Shown: positions 19,759-28,977 of the stretch, piece by piece | Numbering within the stretch: position 1 is the stretch's first letter | Layout: each line of letters opens with the position of its first letter | Source: Candidatus Poribacteria bacterium | GTDB taxonomy: Bacteria > Poribacteria > WGA-4E > PCPOR2b | NCBI GenBank assembly: GCA_965215015.1 | Contig: OZ244042.1 | Span: forward strand, 512,001-576,000 | Direction: 5' to 3' | DNA: 64,000 nucleotides | Notes under the pieces: generated by a model | Told to the model about the DNA's origin: nothing | Database searches by the model: none | Seen by the model: only the letters and a program-made list of their open reading frames with translations | Translations under genes and position numbers: made by a program

Positions 19759-20637
19759 ATGTTTGAAGGATCCTTTGTCGCACTTGTGACACCATTCAAA
19801 GATGACGAATCTCTTGATGAAGTTAAACTCAAGGAGCTGATCGAATTTCAGATCGATGGGGGCACACACGGCATCGTTCCCTGTGGCACTACCGGTGAAT
19901 CTCCCTCCCTTTCAGAGGAGGAACATGACCGTGTGATAGAACTCACCGTTGAGACGGTCAACGGGCGCGTGCCAATCATCGCAGGGACTGGCTCCAATTC
20001 GACGACGCGAACGTTGCGAGCAACGGAGCACGCCAAAGCCGCCGGTGCCGATGCTGCGCTCATTGTGACACCGTACTATAACAAGCCGAATCAACAGGGA
20101 TTGTACGCGCATTACATGAAAATCGCCGACAGCGTTGACATCCCGATTGTCATCTACAACGTTCCCGGCCGTTGTGGGACGGACATTCTTTCGGAAACCG
20201 TCGCTCAACTTGCTGAACACCCGAATATCGTGGGACTCAAAGAGGCAACCGGTGAGCTTAAACGTTCCAGCGAATTGGTATCGATGTGTCCCGACGATTT
20301 TGTTGTGCTTTCGGGCGATGACATCAATACCCTGCCTATCCTCTCCGTCGGTGGAAAGGGTGTGATCTCGGTCGTTGCGAATGTGGCTCCCGCTGATATT
20401 GCTGCGACGTGCAATGCCTTCAAAGCGGGTGATATTGAGCTCGCTCGAAAACTCCACTACAAAACCATGCAGTTAGCGGTGGACCTCTTTATAGAGACCA
20501 ACCCCATCCCTGCGAAGGCAGCCCTCATGCTGATGGGGAAACTCAATGGCAGGCTGCGGTTGCCACTTGCACCACTCACACCCGCCAATCAAGAGACGCT
20601 GCGTCAAACATTGAAAGGCGTAGGGTTGATTGGCTAG
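19759..20637 (+). CDS. dapA: 4-hydroxy-tetrahydrodipicolinate synthase
   Basis: ALVTPF, GTTGESP, TPYYNKP, YNVPGR, GLKEA, SGDD, ETNPIP; TAAGGAGG RBS. Confidence 0.95.
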   Translation: MFEGSFVALVTPFKDDESLDEVKLKELIEFQIDGGTHGIVPCGTTGESPSLSEEEHDRVIELTVETVNGRVPIIAGTGSNSTTRTLRATEHAKAAGADAALIVTPYYNKPNQQGLYAHYMKIADSVDIPIVIYNVPGRCGTDILSETVAQLAEHPNIVGLKEATGELKRSSELVSMCPDDFVVLSGDDINTLPILSVGGKGVISVVANVAPADIAATCNAFKAGDIELARKLHYKTMQLAVDLFIETNPIPAKAALMLMGKLNGRLRLPLAPLTPANQETLRQTLKGVGLIG

Positions 20638-20734
20638 TAATGGGGCAACTTTGGTTTGATGGATAGCCAGTTGGTCGACTTTGGGGAAGTCAATCGACTG
20701 GCTATCTAACGACTTGTCAATCGGAGGAGCAGCA

Positions 20735-21679
20735 ATGCAATATCGTGGTTTGGGAATGACAGGCTTGACCGTTTCCGAAATCGGCATGGGAACGTGGGAG
20801 CTCGGCGGACGAGAATGGGGCGATATAGACAAAGCAGTGGCAATCCGTTTGCTTCAGTATGCGTATGAACAGGGGGTCACTCTGTACGATACCGCTGATC
20901 AGTACGGCGGCGGTCGCTCCGAACGGCTGCTCGGACAGGCTTTCGCTAACATGCAAGACACAGTGGTTATCGCCACAAAGGTTGGCTATGAAATAGACTC
21001 CGATGGCTGGGTGAGTCAAGGGTGGGAACGACGACCGTCGTATAACGCTTCCCGTGACTATATTCGCACCGCTGTGGAGGGCAGTTTGCAGCGATTGGGA
21101 CGCGAAACGATAGACACCTACCAATTCCACGCGCCGCCGGCTCCTGAACAGTGGGACCAAGCCTTCGAGACAATGGAACAGCTCAAAACCGAGGGAAAAG
21201 TACGTTTTTATGGCGTGTGCCTCGGCAGTGAAGCGCAAGCGTTGAAAGCAATTGAGGAGACCGGTATCTCCACAATGATGCTAACCTACAACATCCTAAA
21301 TCAATCGATGGCTGAAACGGTTATGCCAGCAGCACAATCCAAAGGTGTAGGCATCATCGTCCGGCAACCCCTCGCATCGGGGCTGCTGTCTGGACAACTG
21401 ACGCTGGACACAAAGTTTAACGACAATGACTATCGCAGGACCTGGTCTCGTGAACAACTTCACAACGATTTGCAAAAAGTGGAGACTGTCAAAAAAATTG
21501 TCGGCGACGCAACCGAAACCCTGCCGCAAGCTGCCCTTAAATTTATCCTTGCCCATCCAGCTGTCAGCGCGGTTGTCCCCGGCATGATGACGACTGCACA
21601 GGTGGACGATGGCGTTGCTACGGCGAATCTCCCTGCGCTACCGCCGCATATTTTGCAGCGATTACAAAACGAATTCTGA
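20735..21679 (+). CDS. Aldo/keto reductase
   Basis: VSEIGMGTW, YDTADQYG, IATKVG, SLQRL..ETIDTYQFH, PLASGLL. Confidence 0.92.
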   Translation: MQYRGLGMTGLTVSEIGMGTWELGGREWGDIDKAVAIRLLQYAYEQGVTLYDTADQYGGGRSERLLGQAFANMQDTVVIATKVGYEIDSDGWVSQGWERRPSYNASRDYIRTAVEGSLQRLGRETIDTYQFHAPPAPEQWDQAFETMEQLKTEGKVRFYGVCLGSEAQALKAIEETGISTMMLTYNILNQSMAETVMPAAQSKGVGIIVRQPLASGLLSGQLTLDTKFNDNDYRRTWSREQLHNDLQKVETVKKIVGDATETLPQAALKFILAHPAVSAVVPGMMTTAQVDDGVATANLPALPPHILQRLQNEF

Positions 21680-21699
21680 CAGCAAAAGGGAACCTGCCA

Positions 21700-22216
21700 A
21701 TGTTAAGAAATTTATGGGGAGTGAGCGTTAAAGTTCCAACTTAGAACGAGAACTGGACTTTCACAGACAGGTCGGAAACCGGATTGGCGACAGTTTTACC
21801 TTTAAGTTGGAAAGCGAATTTTTTCGCGTTGTATACGTTGTCACAGACGATAGGAGAGCACACCAATACCTCTTTCTCGCGGAGAGGCACCTCATTGAAC
21901 ATCAACTTGGCGAGTCCCTCCCATACGGAATAACGCACGCTCTCTACTACAGTGGGCATGGGGAATTGACGATATGAAGCAACAAGCCGCCGAAATTGTG
22001 GCTGCGGGCGGAACGCTCCTCAGGGGCCCCTTCCGCTTGGCACCGGACAAGAAGAACCCGGAGACGTTTGCGATGCTCTTTCGATCCCCCGGCGGCTATA
22101 TCTTTGAACTTTTCACTCTGGAAGAGCCTTCGATCGCATGGATTGGATTTATTGCCCAAGAGAAGATTAATTCTCATCCCTTTTACGTTTCGCGTTTTAT
22201 GCTTCACGCCTTATGA
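21700..22216 (+). pseudogene. VOC/glyoxalase-family gene with two apparent frameshifts
   Basis: MLRNLWGVSVKVP / LERELDFHRQVG...GITHALY / DDMKQQAAEIVAAGGTLLRGP...FRSPGGYIFELF, spread over three frames. Confidence 0.55.
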
Positions 22217-23868
22217 TCATGAATCGCCTGAAGTTTCAACGCAAGCTGATGATTTTTTTCGTGGGAATGGCACTGTTACCCACTGTTGTCCTCGTCCTCG
22301 TCTCCTACCACCTCATTAGTCAAAGCGTGGAACGTTGGGCAAACCACCAGATTGCGTTGATACTTGCGAATTCCGCGGTAATTATTGAAGGTGCCAGTAA
22401 AATCGCGCATACGCTTGAACTTCATGAAAACCTACCCTTGACAGATACTGCTGAACTTCTGGCGGTTGATGAGGACTTGGTAGCTGTATTGGAGGATTTT
22501 GACTCGAAAGCTGTCGAGATACGAGCAACTGAACTCGCGGACGCCTACGGCGGTTACCTCATGGCTGTTTACGACTGGGACGGGCATCTCGTCTTTAGCA
22601 CCAACCCGAATCATCCCCCCGAAACGCTTACCACCTTTTTAGGGCGGTTGGATGAGTTACCCGATGGTCCAACCATCTCACACAAATTGGCAGACCAGGG
22701 TTTCTTGATATGTGGGGTGCCAATCTTTTCAGAGGATGGGAGGAAACGTTTGGGAGCAATAGTGGTTGGAAAATCCATGCCGTTGACACCCGTCCAGATG
22801 CGAGCTCAGATGTCCGCCATCCAGAACAAACTCAGCCATCTAGAAACAGATATTAATGCGGAAGGAACCGCATATCGCCGAACAGAAAGACGTGTAACTG
22901 TTATTGCCCTGCTGATCACGGCGGCACTGATTGTCGTCGTTGCCTTTTTTGTCAGCAGGATTCTCGCAAAAGGAATTAACACGCCGATTCGGTCACTTGT
23001 CGCCGGCACAGAGCAAATTGCCAATGGGAACCTTGGCCATCAGGTGGCGGTGCAGACTGATGATGAGTTCGCCCTCTTAGCCGGTGCCTTCAACCGGATG
23101 GTCTCTGACCTGAAAGCACGTACTGAGGAATTAAGACGTGCTGAAAAAATTGCGGCGTGGCAGGATATTGCACAGAAATTGGCGCATGAGATTAAGAATC
23201 CGTTGACCCCGATTCAATTGTCGGCGCAGCGCCTGCAACGTCGTTACCGCAATAACCCTGACGATCTCTCCGAAGTTTTGGAACGCTGCACCCAAACCAT
23301 CATCACCGAAGTTGAGGGGTTGCGACGCTTACTCGATGAGTTTTCTGTGCTCGCCCAGATGCCCGCCCCGGAGCTCTCCCCCGTCAACCTGCGTCAGACG
23401 CTTGATGAAATGTTAGCCCTCTTCGATGAATTTCCTAACCATATTGATTGTCAAATTGACTTTCCCGCCAATCTCCCTGCTGTCAGCGCGGATGCAGCCC
23501 ATCTCAAGCGCGCATTCCTCAACCTTATCAATAATGCCCTTGAAGCAATGTTGGAGGAATCCGATTCCCCTTCTCCCATCGAGGCAGTGAAAAGAGAAAG
23601 GTGTTTGACAATTCGCGCTTATGAGGCTCCGGACCGATCCAAAGTCTTCGTGCAATTCACCGATACTGGACCGGGCGTCCCTCCCGATGTCCGACCAAAG
23701 CTGTTCACTCCGCATGTTTCCACCAAGAGGAACGGCATGGGACTCGGGTTGGCAATCGTTAAGAAAGTAATGACCGATCTCGGTGGAGATATCCACCTTG
23801 AAGACACTCAATCCGACCAGATTGGCGCAACTTTCACTCTGTGGCTGAGACCGATTGCGAAGGGTTGA
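22213..23868 (+). CDS. NtrY-like membrane sensor histidine kinase (HAMP-HisKA-HATPase)
   Basis: Two TM segments, HAMP, AWQDIAQKLAHEIKNPLTPIQLSAQRL, NLINNA, DTGPG, GMGLGL. Confidence 0.92.
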   Translation: MIMNRLKFQRKLMIFFVGMALLPTVVLVLVSYHLISQSVERWANHQIALILANSAVIIEGASKIAHTLELHENLPLTDTAELLAVDEDLVAVLEDFDSKAVEIRATELADAYGGYLMAVYDWDGHLVFSTNPNHPPETLTTFLGRLDELPDGPTISHKLADQGFLICGVPIFSEDGRKRLGAIVVGKSMPLTPVQMRAQMSAIQNKLSHLETDINAEGTAYRRTERRVTVIALLITAALIVVVAFFVSRILAKGINTPIRSLVAGTEQIANGNLGHQVAVQTDDEFALLAGAFNRMVSDLKARTEELRRAEKIAAWQDIAQKLAHEIKNPLTPIQLSAQRLQRRYRNNPDDLSEVLERCTQTIITEVEGLRRLLDEFSVLAQMPAPELSPVNLRQTLDEMLALFDEFPNHIDCQIDFPANLPAVSADAAHLKRAFLNLINNALEAMLEESDSPSPIEAVKRERCLTIRAYEAPDRSKVFVQFTDTGPGVPPDVRPKLFTPHVSTKRNGMGLGLAIVKKVMTDLGGDIHLEDTQSDQIGATFTLWLRPIAKG

Positions 23869-23890
23869 ACTTACATAATGGAGGTAAAAA

Positions 23891-24928
23891 ATGTTTGATG
23901 AAGTGCTGAAAATTATAGAAGACTTGCAGTCAGATGAGAGCTTAAACTCGCTCCTTGAAACTGATGTAAACCAAAGTGTTGTTCTAAGAATATTAGACGC
24001 ATTAAATTGGAACACGTTTGATCGTCGTGAAGTGAGTTCTCGCTATTCTATAGAAAAGAGGTCAATAGAACTTACTTTATTAGCCGGCAACACACCGAAG
24101 ATATTCATTGAAGTGAAAAGAGCTGATGCACGGACGGAAAGCTACCAAGAGGAACTTCTGGATTACGCCCTTAGACAGGGTTTTAAAATCGCAATACTCA
24201 CCAATGGAATTGCATGGTGGTTTTACCTGCCTCTTTACGAGACAAGTTGGGAGGAGAGAAAATTCGCCACCGTGCAACTTAATAAACAGGACAAAGGGGA
24301 GATTGCCCAAAAATTGGTAGATTTTCTTAGCAAAGGAAATGTCACGTCTGGGCAAGCTGTCCAGAACGCAGAAGTTCTGTACAAGAAACATCTAATTCCG
24401 GCAACCTTGCCGGAGGCGTGGAATCAACTAGGGAATGAGCCAGACGATTTGCTCGTAGAGCTCCTTGCAGAAAAGACAAAGGAATTATGCGGACATAAAC
24501 CAGATAAGAACGAAGTCGAGCAATTTCTGTCAGCGCGTTTCCAAGATATAAAGATAATGCCTCCAGCAGCTCCTAAACCAAAACCTTCAGGTCGTATGAA
24601 AGGCATGAAACCCATGGCATTTACATTTAACGGAAGAAGATATCAGGTTAATGCGTGGAGCCGCATGTTAGTCAAATTATGTGAGATACTGCACACCACT
24701 CACAGTGATCGATTTGAGCAACAAGTATTAGAGATGAAAGGAAAAAGAGGCCGCCCTTACTTTTTGAGAAATCCTGATCCTGACGCTTCTGGACGGTATA
24801 CAATGATAAACGAAACAGGTATCTTTGTTAATACCTGCAAGAGTGCAGATCAGATGAGAAGAACCGCAGAGGACCTTATCGTCCACTTTGGATATAACAA
24901 AAACGACCTGTCATTTGAGATTCGGTAA
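23891..24928 (+). CDS. HsdR_N-like PD-(D/E)xK nuclease fused to a SeqA-C-like DNA-binding domain
   Basis: ETDVNQSVVLRILDALNWN, IFIEVKR, LLDYA, AILTNGIAWWFY. C-terminus KGKRGRPYF...TGIFVNTCKSADQ. Confidence 0.7.
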   Translation: MFDEVLKIIEDLQSDESLNSLLETDVNQSVVLRILDALNWNTFDRREVSSRYSIEKRSIELTLLAGNTPKIFIEVKRADARTESYQEELLDYALRQGFKIAILTNGIAWWFYLPLYETSWEERKFATVQLNKQDKGEIAQKLVDFLSKGNVTSGQAVQNAEVLYKKHLIPATLPEAWNQLGNEPDDLLVELLAEKTKELCGHKPDKNEVEQFLSARFQDIKIMPPAAPKPKPSGRMKGMKPMAFTFNGRRYQVNAWSRMLVKLCEILHTTHSDRFEQQVLEMKGKRGRPYFLRNPDPDASGRYTMINETGIFVNTCKSADQMRRTAEDLIVHFGYNKNDLSFEIR

Positions 24929-24965
24929 ACATTAATATGCAGGTGGTCTACTACTGTCCCTCGCC

Positions 24966-25062
24966 CTATCGAATGATATGCCCCCGGCTCTCTCCTAGCA
25001 ATGTTTCATCGGGCATCGTAATCGGCGTTTCGATGAAGGCGATGAACCGTCCATCCGCGGAG
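24966..25062 (-). pseudogene. Diverged copy of the 3' end of the 26974-28731 beta-propeller gene
   Basis: SADGRFIAFIETPITMPDETLLGESRGHIIR* versus SRNGRFIALIETPITMSDETVRGRNRVHIIQ*. Confidence 0.8.
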
Positions 25063-25209
25063 GTAATCACTGACTTACAAGATCTCCTCAACGCGGAAAT
25101 CAATTGGGCACCGCCGCCCCTTTTCAATTTCGCAGGAGATAAAAAGGCCGCGAACAAGGTAGAAGTATGATAGGGATCAGCAACCGGGCTTGACAGAAAG
25201 GAAGAAAAA

Positions 25210-26586
25210 ATGGTTGATAAGCAGTATCTCCTGAATGATGATGCAATGCGGGACTTCATCATCAACGGATATGTGGTGGTGAGACCAGCACTCCCCCCCA
25301 GCTTCCACAAATCTGTTGTCCAGCAAACGTTAGCGGTGGTTGAAAAGGAGGGGAATCCGGGGAATAGTCTGCTTCCCAAAGTTCCTATGCTCCAGCAGGT
25401 GTTTGACGATCCGACAGTCCATGGCACCCTCATCAGTGTTCTGGGCGAAAACTACGTCATGAACCAGCACCGGGCGTGCCATTACCATCCACCGGGAAGT
25501 AAGGCGCAAGATTGGCATAAGGACTATCCGCTAGGTGGGAACGTGCGATACCACCGTACACGTTTGGCGATGGCTTTTTATTATCCACAGGATGTCACCG
25601 AGGATATGGGACCCACTGCGATTCAGCCTGCCACTCAATACTATATGACACCATCGGAGGATGCCCCCGGATTATCTCTTTGCGGCGAGGCGGGCACGGT
25701 GACAATCGTGCATTATGAACTTTGGCATCGAGCGACGGAGAACCAAAGCGACAAAATCCGGTTCATGCTGAAGTTTCTCTTTTGTCGTACAGAGGAACCG
25801 CAACAGCCCTCATGGAATGCGGAAAATCCAAGCTGGGAGTCTAATCAGACCTCTTCCGTTGAACATCAAGTGATATGGGAGCACCTTTGGAAATGGTATC
25901 ATGGGGAGCAAAATGGGGAGATGGATTCGACAGCAGTATCGCCTCCTAATGGCCTTTCAAAATTAATCTGGGCGTTGCAGGACGGACTAAATGATGAAGA
26001 TGAGGCGACCCGTCTCAATGCGGCGTATGCGCTGGGGGCCATTGGAGAACCCGCGATACCGACATTGATAAAAACACTACGACAAGAGTCGAAAGTTGCT
26101 TGGAATCAAAATCTGGACCGCGGAGACTTCACCAACCCGAGCCAACTTGATACCATCTATGGACTGGCTGCCATCGGTGAACCTGCTGTGCCAGCACTGA
26201 CTGAAGTGTTGAGCGATACAGATTGGTGGACGCGTGCAGCGGCTGGTGCTGCGTTGGGATGTATGGGTGAGCCTGCACACGGTGCCGTGCCCGCATTAAT
26301 CGAGGCTTTGAAGGATAATTCTGAGTGGGTTCGTCGAAATGCAGCGGATACGCTTGGGAATATTGGTCCGTCGGCTCGATCAGCTGTGCCGGCACTGGTT
26401 GAGGCATTGAGGGATAACAGACCGGTATCGCGCTGGTCTCTCTCGGATTCGCCATTGCGGGAAAATGCTATGATTGCATTAGCAAAGATGGACCAACTCC
26501 CTCAGACCACTATCCCTGTACTAAAAGAAGCGTTACGAGCTGAGAATGAGTACATTCGTTCATGGGCTGCCATCGCTTTGGAGTGA
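25210..26586 (+). CDS. PhyH-family dioxygenase fused to HEAT/PBS-lyase repeats
   Basis: FIINGYVV, WHKD, LWHRA, then repeats such as AVPALIEALKD..EWVRRNAADTLG. Confidence 0.85.
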   Translation: MVDKQYLLNDDAMRDFIINGYVVVRPALPPSFHKSVVQQTLAVVEKEGNPGNSLLPKVPMLQQVFDDPTVHGTLISVLGENYVMNQHRACHYHPPGSKAQDWHKDYPLGGNVRYHRTRLAMAFYYPQDVTEDMGPTAIQPATQYYMTPSEDAPGLSLCGEAGTVTIVHYELWHRATENQSDKIRFMLKFLFCRTEEPQQPSWNAENPSWESNQTSSVEHQVIWEHLWKWYHGEQNGEMDSTAVSPPNGLSKLIWALQDGLNDEDEATRLNAAYALGAIGEPAIPTLIKTLRQESKVAWNQNLDRGDFTNPSQLDTIYGLAAIGEPAVPALTEVLSDTDWWTRAAAGAALGCMGEPAHGAVPALIEALKDNSEWVRRNAADTLGNIGPSARSAVPALVEALRDNRPVSRWSLSDSPLRENAMIALAKMDQLPQTTIPVLKEALRAENEYIRSWAAIALE

Positions 26587-26973
26587 GGTTGCTAACCAGA
26601 CTGATGGCGTTCAACGATAACTTGGTTCATATTTTGAAGCAAATCAAAGAGGCTGGTGAGGTTATCGTTGAAGGATCGGTAAACCCTAAATTTTTACTTC
26701 TCAGTCCTTTTGATTTGTGTTTGTTAAAGCATTCTCCCATGGGGGTAAACTTTATGGAGATTGTTTCAGATCTTGTGGCTGTTGCTTCACGTATTCCCTC
26801 ATTCGGTTTCTGACGCTTTGGGGTGAGTGGAGGCTGTAGGGAAACAACGATTGTTGGTCCCTACTTTACCATGCCAGCAGAGCCAGGATTCACAATTATC
26901 TTGAAAGCATAATGTGACAAACAATTGAGCGCATCAATCGATAAATCAAGAATGATGCGAGAAGGTTGGTAAC

Positions 26974-28731
26974 CTATTGAATAATATGCACCCGATTCCT
27001 ACCTCGAACTGTTTCATCGGACATTGTGATCGGTGTTTCGATGAGGGCAATGAACCGTCCGTTCCGACTGATGCCGATGGTATCGTAGGGAAGTTGCCCC
27101 TCCGTACGATAGGTATAGAGATACTTAGAGAGAGCCCCCCCCTCTGCGGTGAGATCAAAGACAGAAACGCCGTGAAGCTGCTCCTCAACGTTTCCTCCCC
27201 GCTTGGATACACTGATAATGGCATACTGCCCTGTCCCATCAATCTGCAGTCCCTGCGGCATATTTTCCAACGTCCACTGCCACTTCTTCTCTCCTGACCA
27301 TGTGTAAGCGAATAGGGTCATCCCATTTGGGTGGACTGAGGTTGGTTGTTGCGCGCCTTGCTGCAAATGATATGGGATAAAAGTGTCGCCCGTAACAAAG
27401 AGCGCGAAGTCGTTGGTGGCACCGATTGTTCCATTGGTAGCGATGATCGGGATACCGCTGTCTTCGAGCGGTGTCGTGAGATTCGCTTTCCACAGCGGTT
27501 TGATTCCTTCTATATCCGGTGCCGTATTGAACATGAATGCTCGTCCGTCCTCCGTTGTGACATTGATGAACCTTCCCTCGGGCGAGGTGCCGACCCCACG
27601 CCAGAACGTCACCTCCTCGAAATATGGCTTGAGTGGATCGAAGGTATATCCCCACGTTGTTTCACCCGTCTCGCCATTAAGGGCGTACAAAGTGCCGGAT
27701 TTGAATTTTCCGGCCTCCTCGCCACTCCCTTTATAAGTGAGCAGTGCCACTATTTTGGCATCACGGCTATAATCAAACCAACTGATGGTCATCGGAAGGG
27801 GTTGATCGGGGGGCCATTTCCATTTGACAGTTCCCGTTTCTCCATCGAAACGGTAGAGTTGTGCTTTTTTTAAGCCTATGCTATCCTTGGTCCACGAGTG
27901 ATTTCCCACCACAAGCAGGTCCCCCCCATCCGTTGTCGAGATTCGATAAGGCCCCGGATACTGCACCCATGCGTACACATCGTCTGGATTCCGTGGAGTT
28001 GAGGTGTCGATATCATCCGCCATGCGGTATTTCCACAACAGTGTCGGCTTTGTCGTTGAAAGATCGTAAGCATAGATGAAGCCATCAGCTGATTGTTCAC
28101 CGGTGTAGAAACGCTTCCCATCCGGACTGAAGGCCGCGTGTTTGGCGTAACCTTCCGAGATGCGTGTCTTCCAGATTCGATCCCCTGTGAGCGGGTTGAT
28201 GATTGCCAGATGTCCGGCATCTGTTCCAATCGCGAGTTGTTCGCCATCGGAGGAAAAGGCAATCGTCGTCGGTGTCGCCGGACGTTGCAGGTTCGCCAGT
28301 AGCGACAACGGTTCCTCTAGTTCGACGGTACGGATACGATAAGGAAGAGGCTTAAGCGGCGCAGTGGTATTTATCTCAAATAGACTGCCATCAGTCCATC
28401 GGAGTGCGATGTGATAGCTCGTTTGAGGCCTCCAATCATACGTTGCAAGAGCGCGTTGATCGTCAATCCAAGAGGGGAAGATTTCTTCCGGAGGTTCGGA
28501 TGTCTCATGTATAACTAAACTAGATAAGGGGTGTAGTGGATCGGGTTGATTGGTCCTCTTGAGACGTTCTTCTAGTTCAATGACAATACCGCCCCGTGTA
28601 AAGATAACATCCCCCTTGAGGGTCTTTGCCACAGCCCCGATCGCATCGGGATTCAGAGCAACATGGGATAGAACGAAAACGTAAATCAGTAGACTAAGAA
28701 ATATACTCAATCGTAGATTTCGGATTTTCAT
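26974..28731 (-). CDS. Secreted WD40/PQQ-like beta-propeller protein
   Basis: Signal peptide; blades AFSSDGEQLAIG, AFSPDGKRFY, GETGTVKWKW, GETGETTWGY, SPEGRFI. Confidence 0.8.
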   Translation of the reverse strand: MKIRNLRLSIFLSLLIYVFVLSHVALNPDAIGAVAKTLKGDVIFTRGGIVIELEERLKRTNQPDPLHPLSSLVIHETSEPPEEIFPSWIDDQRALATYDWRPQTSYHIALRWTDGSLFEINTTAPLKPLPYRIRTVELEEPLSLLANLQRPATPTTIAFSSDGEQLAIGTDAGHLAIINPLTGDRIWKTRISEGYAKHAAFSPDGKRFYTGEQSADGFIYAYDLSTTKPTLLWKYRMADDIDTSTPRNPDDVYAWVQYPGPYRISTTDGGDLLVVGNHSWTKDSIGLKKAQLYRFDGETGTVKWKWPPDQPLPMTISWFDYSRDAKIVALLTYKGSGEEAGKFKSGTLYALNGETGETTWGYTFDPLKPYFEEVTFWRGVGTSPEGRFINVTTEDGRAFMFNTAPDIEGIKPLWKANLTTPLEDSGIPIIATNGTIGATNDFALFVTGDTFIPYHLQQGAQQPTSVHPNGMTLFAYTWSGEKKWQWTLENMPQGLQIDGTGQYAIISVSKRGGNVEEQLHGVSVFDLTAEGGALSKYLYTYRTEGQLPYDTIGISRNGRFIALIETPITMSDETVRGRNRVHIIQ

Positions 28732-28977
28732 AAAATACCTCCATAAAGGTGCTAGAACTTAGGTACTTCAATTTTAAAAGTAAATAGGGACACAGGTTTC
28801 GCAAATAAAGATAGAAAGACTAAAGAGATCTGTATTGACCATGTTTGACAAATTGAGCTGATAACTATGGCGCAGCGTTGTTGGTATCTTCAAGGTTCAA
28901 AGCAATCTGCGTTTATCAACATTCATTTGAACTGTTAGATCCTAAATAGGATTGAGTAGATCCGGGAGATTTTGATA

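Noticed and set aside
24966-25433. 155-aa minus-strand ORF as a real gene
   Set aside because: Its 5' half is antisense to the PhyH-HEAT gene; only the last ~31 codons are meaningful, as the propeller remnant
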